Shown: in pieces, positions 1 through 11,600 of the stretch
Layout: each line of letters begins with the position of its first letter
How positions within the stretch are numbered: position 1 is the stretch's first letter
Source of the DNA: Eutreptiella sp. 'Long Island Sound 2002'
Taxonomy: Eukaryota > Protista > Euglenida
Assembly: GCA_964036045.1 (NCBI GenBank)
Contig: OZ038379.1
Span: 25,792,001-25,856,000 of the forward strand
Direction: 5' to 3'
Length of the DNA: 64,000 nucleotides
Notes under the pieces: model-generated
What the model was told of the DNA's origin: nothing
Databases searched by the model: none
What the model saw: only the letters and a program-made list of their open reading frames with translations
Program-made: the position numbers and the translations under genes

Positions 1-873
1 ACCCACTCGCTGTTATAGAGGGAACCGATAAGAGGCTGATATGGAATGGGGTGGACAGTGGGGGCACAGGACACCTGTGACACTGCAAGCAGCAATCAGA
101 ATGTAGAGAATGAGCCTGGTGGTTTGTTGTACCGGTGTCAGGGTGCGTACTGAAACCAAATCCGTGAAGTCTGCCAGATCAGTGGGGCCCCACTGGAGTG
201 CGGAAGGGGGGGGGGGGGTGGACGGGGGGATGGGTCAGAGAGCCGACCGCTTTTGGTGCCTTTCATTATTCCCCCGGGCCCACGTTTTCGGTTGTGGGTG
301 GGCCAATCCGCCCCAGGCCAAATGACCCTCAGCCAGGGCCTCAAAGTGACCTCCTGGACAGGCTGTACTCGCAACAGTCTTTCATGCACAGCAAAAGCTT
401 TGTTTGCTTCATGCTGCGTCGTGCACATCATCGGCTTTACTATTTTTTACGATATATTTCATCATTATGGCATACCCCCCCCGCCCCCACCGCCGCCGGG
501 TCAGTGGCCAGGCAACGGTCTGTGCCAGATATGATACGCATAGCATTACCTGGGAAGGCTGCGCTCGTGCCTTTTCCGGTCCTTAAGGCAGGGACTGTGC
601 TGTGCTGTGCTAGCTCCGTCATGCGGCTAAGGCGCTGGGCCAAGTGGCCGGGGGGGGGTCGTGCAAGCAGACGACATCCAGTTGCCCGTCTTCTCGCTGC
701 AGAAAGGCGTCTCGTCCATGTGGGCGGGAGGTCACTTCCCTCGCCACTGGGGTCTGTGTGCGTGAGGGCGGTTGTCGACTGTTGGCGGTCGGGGCATATG
801 ATGCGCATGTGCTGTTGGAGGCCAGAGGGATCAGAAAGAAGAGCAACCAACTGCCCCGGGACATCGTGAGCAG

Positions 874-937
874 TGGAATTCCTATGAACAGGGGGTAGAC
901 ACATATGGCCATTTATCGAAGGCAGACCGATGCTTAG
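874..937 (+). CDS. Dynein heavy chain candidate exon (tail; 5' boundary uncertain, 826/835/874)
   Basis: WNSYEQGVDTYGHLSKADRCL resembles the pre-DHC_N2 helix (..F..YGDL..). Donor GTGCGT at 938 is phase 1, matching the next exon. Confidence 0.45.
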
Positions 938-993
938 GTGCGTCCCACTGGAGTGCAAGGAGTGGGGGGGGGGGGTCGGTGATTGGGTGGGCT

Positions 994-1076
994 ACTCCCA
1001 TAGCTCAATGGTCTGAGGTATTGGCACCAGGCATAACAAATCGGACAGGTCTGGGATTCGATTCCTGCCGGCCCCA
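994..1076 (+). other. Decayed tRNA-derived sequence (Pol III A and B boxes); possible SINE head or tRNA pseudogene
   Basis: TAGCTCAATGG (A box) at 1001 and GATTCGATTCC (B-box-like) at 1055 have tRNA-like spacing and end in CCCCA. Acceptor and anticodon stems do not pair. Confidence 0.4.
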
Positions 1077-1569
1077 TTGAGTGACAGGCCGAGGAGGTCC
1101 TGAGATGGGTGGTGTCCGAAACCGGAGGGGCAGGGTAAACCCCACCATTGAGCTCCTAACATAGACAACAGGCTGGAAGGGTTCAAACCTGACTGACCAC
1201 ACTGTTACTGAAGGAGCTACCCTGCGGCACGGCCCTGGAGCATACTGCAACGGAGGCAAGCACAAGGATTGCCACACTGGAATCTGTTGCTCGGAAGTAA
1301 CCGGCAACCGCCGTTGGTCAGCCGCCAACTGCCGTCAGTCAACTGCGAACTGACTTGGCAACTGACTTGGCAGCCGTTCTGGAGACCCCCGCCCCGCTAA
1401 GCAATCGTCTGATCAAAGGAGGACCACCGGTCACCAATTGCCTGGTAGAAGAGGGTGCCCATAGGCCCACAACCCCACACCACAAACGTTCTGGGAAGCA
1501 CTGTCCACATGTCGACGTCATTAGGGGTGCTCAGTTCCTCGCACATTCTCGCCGATTGTCGCCCCACAG

Positions 1570-1604
1570 CTCTGTTGAGAAGCGTCCGGCAAGTGGCACT
1601 GCAG
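1570..1604 (+). CDS. Dynein heavy chain candidate mini-exon
   Basis: ccccacag acceptor; encodes (A)LLRSVRQVALQ; donor GT at 1605 is phase 0, matching exon 1716. Confidence 0.5.
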
Positions 1605-1715
1605 GTGCCGAAAATCACCCCCGGCGCAGCCGGTGACCTTGGTGACCTCTAGAAACTATGCTCCCTCCGCAATTTTTTTGGGTCTGATGTCGGCAGGCCT
1701 TTGTCATGCCCTCAG

Positions 1716-1916
1716 GAGTTGAGCGCACTGCAAAAGCTGTACGCTTCACGAGAGGAGGCGTTAAATTGGGAGGGCCTGGTGCCAAACGCCGTGGAGAAGC
1801 TGATGCCACAGTTTGAGCCCCACTACGCGCTCTGGTTCAACGCCTACAGCTTTGTCAATGCCCACGGCGGCTGGATGGAAGGCGCCTTCTCAGAGCTGGA
1901 TCCCATCGATGTGCAG
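1716..1916 (+). CDS. Dynein heavy chain exon (start of DHC_N2 region)
   Basis: ctcag acceptor, GT at 1917. ELSALQKLYASREEALNWEGL..FEPHYALWFNAYSF..WMEGAFSELDP matches the inner-arm-type pattern INxEExLxGW..LEPYxxLW..WMxGPFxxLD. Confidence 0.88.
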
Positions 1917-2660
1917 GTTGGAGTTTGTGTGCTCTTCTGTCATTCATTGAACGATTGCAAACCGCCAAGCAATACATTTGGTGCAGAGAATTCTATTGCC
2001 AAAATTCTCTGCATTGCAAGGGTCCCCAGTCTCTTTTTAGGGCTTGCAACGCTTGATGCACGTCCAGAATGGGCAAGAGCACAGTGAAAGGCAAGTGTGC
2101 GTGGTGCTTGCACCATCTCGGTGGTAGACTTGCAAAGGTGTTCTGTTAGTCACTGAACGACCACAAACGGCAGCAAACAGTTTGCGTGCAGACCTCACAT
2201 TTTGCACGCAGATTCCTGTTGCCAAGATTCTCTGCATCACATGGTCCCAAAGGCTTTTGTTTCTGGGCTCAGAGTGCGTTTGGCATGGACCAGAGAGTGT
2301 GCAAGAGCATTGAGACAGGCGTGTGCAACAGTGTGTGCAAGACAGAGAGAGAGAGAGAGAGAGAGAGCGTGTGTGTTCTTGCACATGCTTGCAGTAGCTC
2401 TGTTGCAGAGGTGGTCTGTTGCTCGTTGAATGATTCCCAGCAAACGTCAGCAAACAGTTTGCGTGCAGACGTTGCATTTTGCATGCAGATTCCTGTTGCC
2501 AAGATTGCTCTGCATTGCACAGCCAATTCCATTTTTTCCGTGGAGTGCTTGATGCCCGTATCACAGGGTGTGCGAGAGCATTGACAAAGGTGTGCGCAAG
2601 TGTGTGTGGATGCTTGGACCATCTCAGTGGCAGAGGTGCAGCTACGTTCAGTCATTCATT

Positions 2661-5600
2661 CAAACGGCAGCAAACAGTTTGCGTGCAGACCTCACATTTT
2701 GCACGCAGATTCCTGTTGCCAAGATTCTCTGCATCACATGGTCCCAAAGGCTTTTGTTTCTGGGCTTAGATGTGTCTGGCATGCATGGTAGAGTGTGCAA
2801 AAGCATTGAGAAAGGCATGTGCAGGATTGTGTGTAGGTACAGGCTGGGAATACACTTGCTTTGCCGGGGGGGAGATGGCATGGAACCCCCCCCCCCCCTT
2901 GGTTGCCGTTCTGGGACGAATTCTCAGGTGGGGTAGGCGGGTCAGCCGGTCAGCTTCTGGGGTCCCCGGGGGGAACGGGGGGGTTGGTGGGTACCCCAAC
3001 ATACATACATACATACATCAAAATGATCCTCAAGAAGCGCTGATCATTTTGAACATACGGAAGCGGGAAAATTTGTTTGTCACAAAATTTTTGCCGATCA
3101 GCTCAGGCTCCCATCAGCTAAGGTCTGACCCGGAGGTCAGGTTGGGGTCGAACTGTTTTTTCGTGTTTTTCACCCATTTTTGAATTCTCCACACATTTCT
3201 CAGTATTTTGAGCATAGACCCATCGGGTAAAACAAAACACATTTCCCCCTCGGGAAGCCATAAAAAGTTTTCCGGCGCTTTTGGCACCAACAGTTTCCCC
3301 AAACATAACCACAAAACAAGGGGGCTGCACAGAAGCTCGTTCCCCCCTATACTATACCACACCATGTTAGGTTCTCTGCTTGCGTACTATTGCGCACTTT
3401 GAGAACATTACGGTGCCCTCAGTGACTATTCTACCACTATCGCTCAACAGCTATATCACACCATTTTACGTTCTCCGCTTGCGTACTATTGCGCACTTTG
3501 AGAACATCACGGTGCCCTCAGTGACTATTCTACCACTATCACTCAACAGCTATACTACACCATTTTAGGTTCTCGGCTTGCGCAATATTGCGCACTCTAA
3601 GAACATCACCGTGCCCTCAGTGACTATTCTACCACTATCACCCAACAGCCGGCCGCCTTCTGACGGTGCCCGTGCCATCCCCCCCCCCCCCCCTGCGCAG
3701 AGCAATTTTCGGGTCGCCCAGATGCCTGTAGTAGCTCAATATCAGAGGTGCAAAGGTTCTGTTACTCATTGAAGTGTCATAAACGGCAGCAAACAGTTTG
3801 CATGCAGACCTCACATTTTGCACGCAGATTCCTGTTGCCAAGATTCTCTGCACTGCACGTCTCCAATCATTTCTTGTTTTTGCGTCAGACTGCCTGCAAT
3901 ACGAATGAGAGTGTGTGCGGGGGTATGGAGAAAGGCCTGTGTAATTGTGGTGGTTGCACGAGTGTGTGCCAGCGTGTATGTGTGTGTGTTGATGTTTGCA
4001 GCAGCCCGGAGGGAGAGGTGCAGAGGTGTTCTGTTAGTCACTGAACGACCACAAACGGCAGCAAACAGTTTGCGTGCAGACCTCACATTTTGCGCGCAGA
4101 TTCCTGTTGCCAAGATTCTCTGCATCACATGGTCCCAAAGGCTTTTGTTTCTGGGCTTAGATGTGTCTGGCATGCATGGTAGAGTGTGCAAAAGCATTGA
4201 GAAAGGCATGTGCAGGATTGTGTGTAGGTACAGGCTGGGAATACACTTGCTTTGCCGGGGGGGAGATGGCATGGAACCCCCCCCCCCCCCTTGGTTGCCG
4301 TTCTGGGACGAATTCTCAGGTGGGGTAGGCGGGTCAGCCGGTCAGCTTCTGGGGTCCCCGGGGGGAACGGGGGGGTTGGTGGGTACCCCAACATACATAC
4401 ATACATACATCAAAATGATCCTCAAGAAGCGCTGATCATTTTGAACATACGGAAGCGGGAAAATTTGTTTGTCACAAAATTTTTGCCGATCAGCTCAGGC
4501 TCCCATCAGCTAAGGTCTGACCCGGAGGTCAGGTCGGGGTCAAAATGTTTTTTCGTGTTTTTCACCCATTTTTTGAATTCTCCACACATTTCTCTATTTT
4601 GAGCATAGATCCATCGGGTAAAACAAAACACATTTCCCCCTCGGGAAGCCATAAAAAGTTTTCCGGCGCTTTTGGCACCAACAGTTTCCCCAAACATAAC
4701 CACAAAACAAGGGGGCTGCACAGAAGCTCGTTCCCCCCTATACTATACCACACCATGTTAGGTTCTCCGCTTGCGTACTATTGCGCACTTTGAGAACATT
4801 ACGGTGCACTCAGTGACTATTCTACCACTATCGCTCAACAGCTATATCACACCATTTTACGTTCTGCGCTTGCGTACTATTGCGCACTTTGAGAACATTA
4901 CGGTGCACTCAGTGACTATTCTACCACTATCGCTCAACAGCTATACCACATCATGTTAGGTTCTCGGCTTGCGCAATATTGCGCACTCTAAGAACATCAC
5001 CGTGCACTCAGTGACTATTCTACCAGTATCACTCAATAGCTATACCACACCATTTTAGGTTCTCCGCTTGCACAATATTGCGCACTTTGAGAATATCACG
5101 GTGCACTCAGTGACTATTCTGCCACTATCACCCAACAGCCGGCCACCTTCTGACGGTGCCCGTGCCACCCCGCCCCCCCCCCCCCCCTCCCCCTGCGCAG
5201 AGCAATTTTCGGGTCGCCCAGATGCCTGTAGTAGCTCAATATCAGAGGTGCAAAGGTTCTGTTACTCATTGAAGTGTCATAAACGGCAGCAAACAGTTTG
5301 CATGCAGACCTCACATTTTGCACGCAGATTCCTGTTGCCAAGATTCTCTGCACTGCACGTCTCCAATCATTTCTTGTTTTTGCGTCAGACTGCCTGCAAT
5401 ACGAATGAGAGTGTGTGCGGGGGTATGGAGAAAGGCCTGTGTAATTGTGGTGGTTGCACGAGTGTGTGCCAGCGTGTATGTGTGTGTGTTGATGTTTGCA
5501 GCAGCCCGGAGGGAGAGGTGCAGAGGTGTTCTGTTAGTCACTGAACGACCACAAACGGCAGCAAACAGTTTGCGTGCAGACCTCACATTTTGCACGCAGA

Positions 5601-8600
5601 TTCCTGTTGCCAAGATTCTCTGCATCACATGGTCCCAAAGGCTTTTGTTTCTGGGCTTAGATGTGTCTGGCATGCATGGTAGAGTGTGCAAAAGCATTGA
5701 GAAAGGCATGTGCAGGATTGTGTGTAGGTACAGGCTGGGAATACACTTGCTTTGCCGGGGGGGAGATGGCATGGAACCCCCCCCCCCCCCCTTGGTTGCC
5801 GTTCTGGGACGAATTCTCAGGTGGGGTAGGCGGGTCAGCCGGTCAGCTTCTGGGGTCCCCGGGGGGAACGGGGGGGTTGGTGGGTACCCCAACATACATA
5901 CATACATACATCAAAATGATCCTCAAGATGCGCTGATCATTTTGAACATACGGAAGCGGGAAAATTTGTTTGTCAAAAAAATTTTTGCCGATCAGCTCAA
6001 GCTCCCATCAGCTAAGGTCTGACCCGGAGGTCAGGTCGGGGTCAAAATGTTTTTTCGTGTTTTTCACCCATTTTTTGAATTCTCCACACATTTCTCTATT
6101 TTGAGCATAGATCCATCGGGTAAAACAAAACACATTTCCCCCTCGGGAAGCCATAAAAAGTTTTCCGGCGCTTTTGGCACCAACAGTTTCCCCAAACATA
6201 ACCACAAAACAAGGGGGCTGCACAGAAGCTCGTTCCCCCCTATACTATACCACACCATGTTAGGTTCTCTGCTTGCGTACTATTGCGCACTTTGAGAACA
6301 TTACGGTGCCCTCAGTGACTATTCTACCACTATCGCTCAACAGCTATATCACACCATTTTACGTTCTCCGCTTGCGTACTATTGCGCACTTTGAGAACAT
6401 CACGGTGCCCTCAGTGACTATTCTACCACTATCACTCAACAGCTATACTACACCATTTTAGGTTCTCGGCTTGCGCAATATTGCGCACTCTAAGAACATC
6501 ACCGTGCCCTCAGTGACTATTCTACCACTATCACCCAACAGCCGGCCGCCTTCTGACGGTGCCCGTGCCATCCCCCCCCCCCCCCCTGCGCAGAGCAATT
6601 TTCGGGTCGCCCAGATGCCTGTAGTAGCTCAATATCAGAGGTGCAAAGGTTCTGTTACTCATTGAAGTGTCATAAACGGCAGCAAACAGTTTGCATGCAG
6701 ACCTCACATTTTGCACGCAGATTCCTGTTGCCAAGATTCTCTGCACTGCACGTCTCCAATCATTTCTTGTTTTTGCGTCAGACTGCCTGCAATACGAATG
6801 AGAGCGTGTGCGGGGGTATGGAGAAAGGCCTGTGTAATTGTGGTGGTTGCACGAGTGTGTGCCAGCGTGTATGTGTGTGTGTTGATGTTTGCAGCAGCCC
6901 GGAGGGAGAGGTGCAGAGGTGTTCTGTTAGTCACTGAACGACCACAAACGGCAGCAAACAGTTTGCGTGCAGACCTCACATTTTGTACGCAGATTCCTGT
7001 TGCCAAGATTCTCTGCATCACATGGTCCCAAAGGCTTTTGTTTCTGGGCTTAGATGTGTCTGGCATGCATGGTAGAGTGTGCAAAAGCATTGAGAAAGGC
7101 ATGTGCAGGATTGTGTGTAGGTACAGGCTGGGAATACACTTGCTTTGCCGGGGGGGAGATGGCATGGAACCCCCCCCCCCCCCCTTGGTTGCCGTTCTGG
7201 GACGAATTCTCAGGTGGGGTAGGCGGGTCAGCCGGTCAGCTTCTGGGGTCCCCGGGGGGAACGGGGGGGTTGGTGGGTACCCCAACATACATACATACAT
7301 ACATCAAAATGATCCCCAAGATGCGCTGATCATTTTGAACATACGGAAGCGGGAAAATTTGTTTGTCAAAAAATTTTTTGCCGATCAGCTCAAGCTCCCA
7401 TCAGCTAAGGTCTGACCCGGAGGTCAGGTCGGGGTCAAAATGTTTTTTCGTGTTTTTCACCCATTTTTTGAATTCTCCACACATTTCTCTATTTTGAGCA
7501 TAGATCCATCGGGTAAAACAAAACACATTTCCCCCTCGGGAAGCCATAAAAAGTTTTCCGGCGCTTTTGGCACCAACAGTTTCCCCAAACATAACCACAA
7601 AACAAGGGGGCTGCACAGAAGCTCGTTCCCCCCTATACTATACCACACCATGTTAGGTTCTCTGCTTGCGTACTATTGCGCACTTTGAGAACATTACGGT
7701 GCACTCAGTGACTATTCTACCACTATCGCTCAACAGCTATATCACACCATTTTACGTTCTCCGCTTGCGTACTATTGCGCACTTTGAGAACATCACGGTG
7801 CCCTCAGTGACTATTCTACCACTATCACTCAACAGCTATACTACACCATTTTAGGTTCTCGGCTTGCGCAATATTGCGCACTCTAAGAACATCACCGTGC
7901 CCTCAGTGACTATTCTACCACTATCACCCAACAGCCGGCCGCCTTCTGACGGTGCCCGTGCCATCCCCCCCCCCCCCCCTGCGCAGAGCAATTTTCGGGT
8001 CGCCCAGATGCCTGTAGTAGCTCAATATCAGAGGTGCAAAGGTTCTGTTACTCATTGAAGTGTCATAAACGGCAGCAAACAGTTTGCATGCAGACCTCAC
8101 ATTTTGCACGCAGATTCCTGTTGCCAAGATTCTCTGCACTGCACGTCTCCAATCATTTCTTGTTTTTGCGTCAGACTGCCTGCAATACGAATGAGAGTGT
8201 GTGCGGGGGTATGGAGAAAGGCCTGTGTAATTGTGGTGGTTGCACGAGTGTGTGCCAGCGTGTATGTGTGTGTGTTGATGTTTGCAGCAGCCCGGAGGGA
8301 GAGGTGCAGAGGTGTTCTGTTAGTCACTGAACGACCACAAACGGCAGCAAACAGTTTGCGTGCAGACCTCACATTTTGCACGCAGATTCCTGTTGCCAAG
8401 ATTCTCTGCATCACATGGTCCCAAAGGCTTTTGTTTCTGGGCTTAGATGTGTCTGGCATGCATGGTAGAGTGTGCAAAAGCATTGAGAAAGGCATGTGCA
8501 GGATTGTGTGTAGGTACAGGCTGGGAATACACTTGCTTTGCCGGGGGGGAGATGGCATGGAACCCCCCCCCCCCCCTTGGTTGCCGTTCTGGGACGAATT

Positions 8601-11600
8601 CTCAGGTGGGGTAGGCGGGTCAGCCGGTCAGCTTCTGGGGTCCCCGGGGGGAACGGGGGGGTTGGTGGGTACCCCAACATACATACATACATACATCAAA
8701 ATGATCCCCAAGATGCGCTGATCATTTTGAACATACGGAAGCGGGAAAATTTGTTTGTCAAAAAATTTTTTGCCGATCAGCTCAAGCTCCCATCAGCTAA
8801 GGTCTGACCCGGAGGTCAGGTCGGGGTCAAAATGTTTTTTCGTGTTTTTCACCCATTTTTTGAATTCTCCACACATTTCTCTATTTTGAGCATAGATCCA
8901 TCGGGTAAAACAAAACACATTTCCCCCTCGGGAAGCCATAAAAAGTTTTCCGGCGCTTTTGGCACCAACAGTTTCCCCAAACATAACCACAAAACAAGGG
9001 GGCTGCACAGAAGCTCGTTCCCCCCTATACTATACCACACCATGTTAGGTTCTCTGCTTGCGTACTATTGCGCACTTTGAGAACATTACGGTGCACTCAG
9101 TGACTATTCTACCACTATCGCTCAACAGCTATATCACACCATTTTACGTTCTCCGCTTGCGTACTATTGCGCACTTTGAGAACATCACGGTGCCCTCAGT
9201 GACTATTCTACCACTATCACTCAACAGCTATACTACACCATTTTAGGTTCTCGGCTTGCGCAATATTGCGCACTCTAAGAACATCACCGTGCCCTCAGTG
9301 ACTATTCTACCACTATCACCCAACAGCCGGCCGCCTTCTGACGGTGCCCGTGCCATCCCCCCCCCCCCCCCTGCGCAGAGCAATTTTCGGGTCGCCCAGA
9401 TGCCTGTAGTAGCTCAATATCAGAGGTGCAAAGGTTCTGTTACTCATTGAAGTGTCATAAACGGCAGCAAACAGTTTGCATGCAGACCTCACATTTTGCA
9501 CGCAGATTCCTGTTGCCAAGATTCTCTGCACTGCACGTCTCCAATCATTTCTTGTTTTTGCGTCAGACTGCCTGCAATACGAATGAGAGTGTGTGCGGGG
9601 GTATGGAGAAAGGCCTGTGTAATTGTGGTGGTTGCACGAGTGTGTGCCAGCGTGTATGTGTGTGTGTTGATGTTTGCAGCAGCCCGGAGGGAGAGGTGCA
9701 GAGGTGTTCTGTTAGTCACTGAACGACCACAAACGGCAGCAAACAGTTTGCGTGCAGACCTCACATTTTGCACGCAGATTCCTGTTGCCAAGATTCTCTG
9801 CATCACATGGTCCCAAAGGCTTTTGTTTCTGGGCTTAGATGTGTCTGGCATGCATGGTAGAGTGTGCAAAAGCATTGAGAAAGGCATGTGCAGGATTGTG
9901 TGTAGGTACAGGCTGGGAATACACTTGCTTTGCCGGGGGGGAGATGGCATGGAACCCCCCCCCCCCCCTTGGTTGCCGTTCTGGGACGAATTCTCAGGTG
10001 GGGTAGGCGGGTCAGCCGGTCAGCTTCTGGGGTCCCCGGGGGGAACGGGGGGGTTGGTGGGTACCCCAACATACATACATACATACATCAAAATGATCCC
10101 CAAGATGCGCTGATCATTTTGAACATACGGAAGCGGGAAAATTTGTTTGTCAAAAAAATTTTTGCCGATCAGCTCAAGCTCCCATCAGCTAAGGTCTGAC
10201 CCGGAGGTCAGGTCGGGGTCAAAATGTTTTTTCGTGTTTTTCACCCATTTTTGAATTCTCCACACATTTCTCTATTTTGAGCATAGATCCATCGGGTAAA
10301 ACAAAACACATTTCCCCCTCGGGAAGCCATAAAAAGTTTTCCGGCGCTTTTGGCACCAACAGTTTCCCCAAACATAACCACAAAACAAGGGGGCTGCACA
10401 GAAGCTCGTTCCCCCCTATACTATACCACACCATGTTAGGTTCTCTGCTTGCGTACTATTGCGCACTTTGAGAACATTACGGTGCACTCAGTGACTATTC
10501 TACCACTATCGCTCAACAGCTATACCACATCATGTTAGGTTCTCCGCTTGCGTACTATTGCGCACTTTGAGAACATCACGGTGCCCTCAGTGACTATTCT
10601 ACCACTATCACTCAACAGCTATATCACACCATTTTAGGTTCTCAGCTTGCGCAATATTGCGCACTCTAAGAACATCACCGTGCCCTCAGTGACTATTCTA
10701 CCACTATCACCCAACAGCCGGCCGCCTTCTGACGGTGCCCGTGCCATCCCCCCCCCCCCCCCCTGCGCAGAGCAATTTTCGGGTCGCCCAGATGCCTGTA
10801 GTAGCTCAATATCAGAGGTGCAAAGGTTCTGTTACTCATTGAAGTGTCATAAACGGCAGCAAACAGTTTGCATGCAGACCTCACATTTTGCACGCAGATT
10901 CCTGTTGCCAAGATTCTCTGCACTGCACGTCTCCAATCATTTCTTGTTTTTGCGTCAGACTGCCTGCAATACGAATGAGAGCGTGTGCGCGGGTATGGAG
11001 AAAGGCCTGTGTAATTGTGGTGGTTGCACGAGTGTGTGCCAGCGTGTATGTGTGTGTGTTGATGTTTGCAGCAGCCCGGAGGGAGAGGTGCAGAGGTGTT
11101 CTGTTAGTCACTGAACGACCACAAACGGCAGCAAACAGTTTGCGTGCAGACCTCACATTTTGCACGCAGATTCCTGTTGCCAAGATTCTCTGCATCACAT
11201 GGTCCCAAAGGCTTTTGTTTCTGGGCTTAGATGTGTCTGGCATGCATGGTAGAGTGTGCAAAAGCATTGAGAAAGGCATGTGCAGGATTGTGTGTAGGTA
11301 CAGGCTGGGAATACACTTGCTTTGCCGGGGGGGAGATGGCATGGAACCCCCCCCCCCCCTTGGTTGCCGTTCTGGGACGAATTCTCAGGTGGGGTAGGCG
11401 GGTCAGCCGGTCAGCTTCTGGGGTCCCCGGGGGGAACGGGGGGGTTGGTGGGTACCCCAACATACATACATACATACATCAAAATGATCCCCAAGATGCG
11501 CTGATCATTTTGAACATACGGAAGCGGGAAAATTTGTTTGTCAAAAAATTTTTTGCCGATCAGCTCAAGCTCCCATCAGCTAAGGTCTGACCCGGAGGTC

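Noticed and set aside
333-401. Candidate upstream dynein exon (PGPQSDLLDRLYSQQSFMHSKSF, donor GTTTGC)
   Set aside because: The phase is compatible, but there is no recognisable dynein motif.
3370-5150. 99-bp and 85-bp repeats as a CRISPR array
   Set aside because: They are contiguous tandem units with no unique spacers, there are no cas genes, and the context is a eukaryotic intron.
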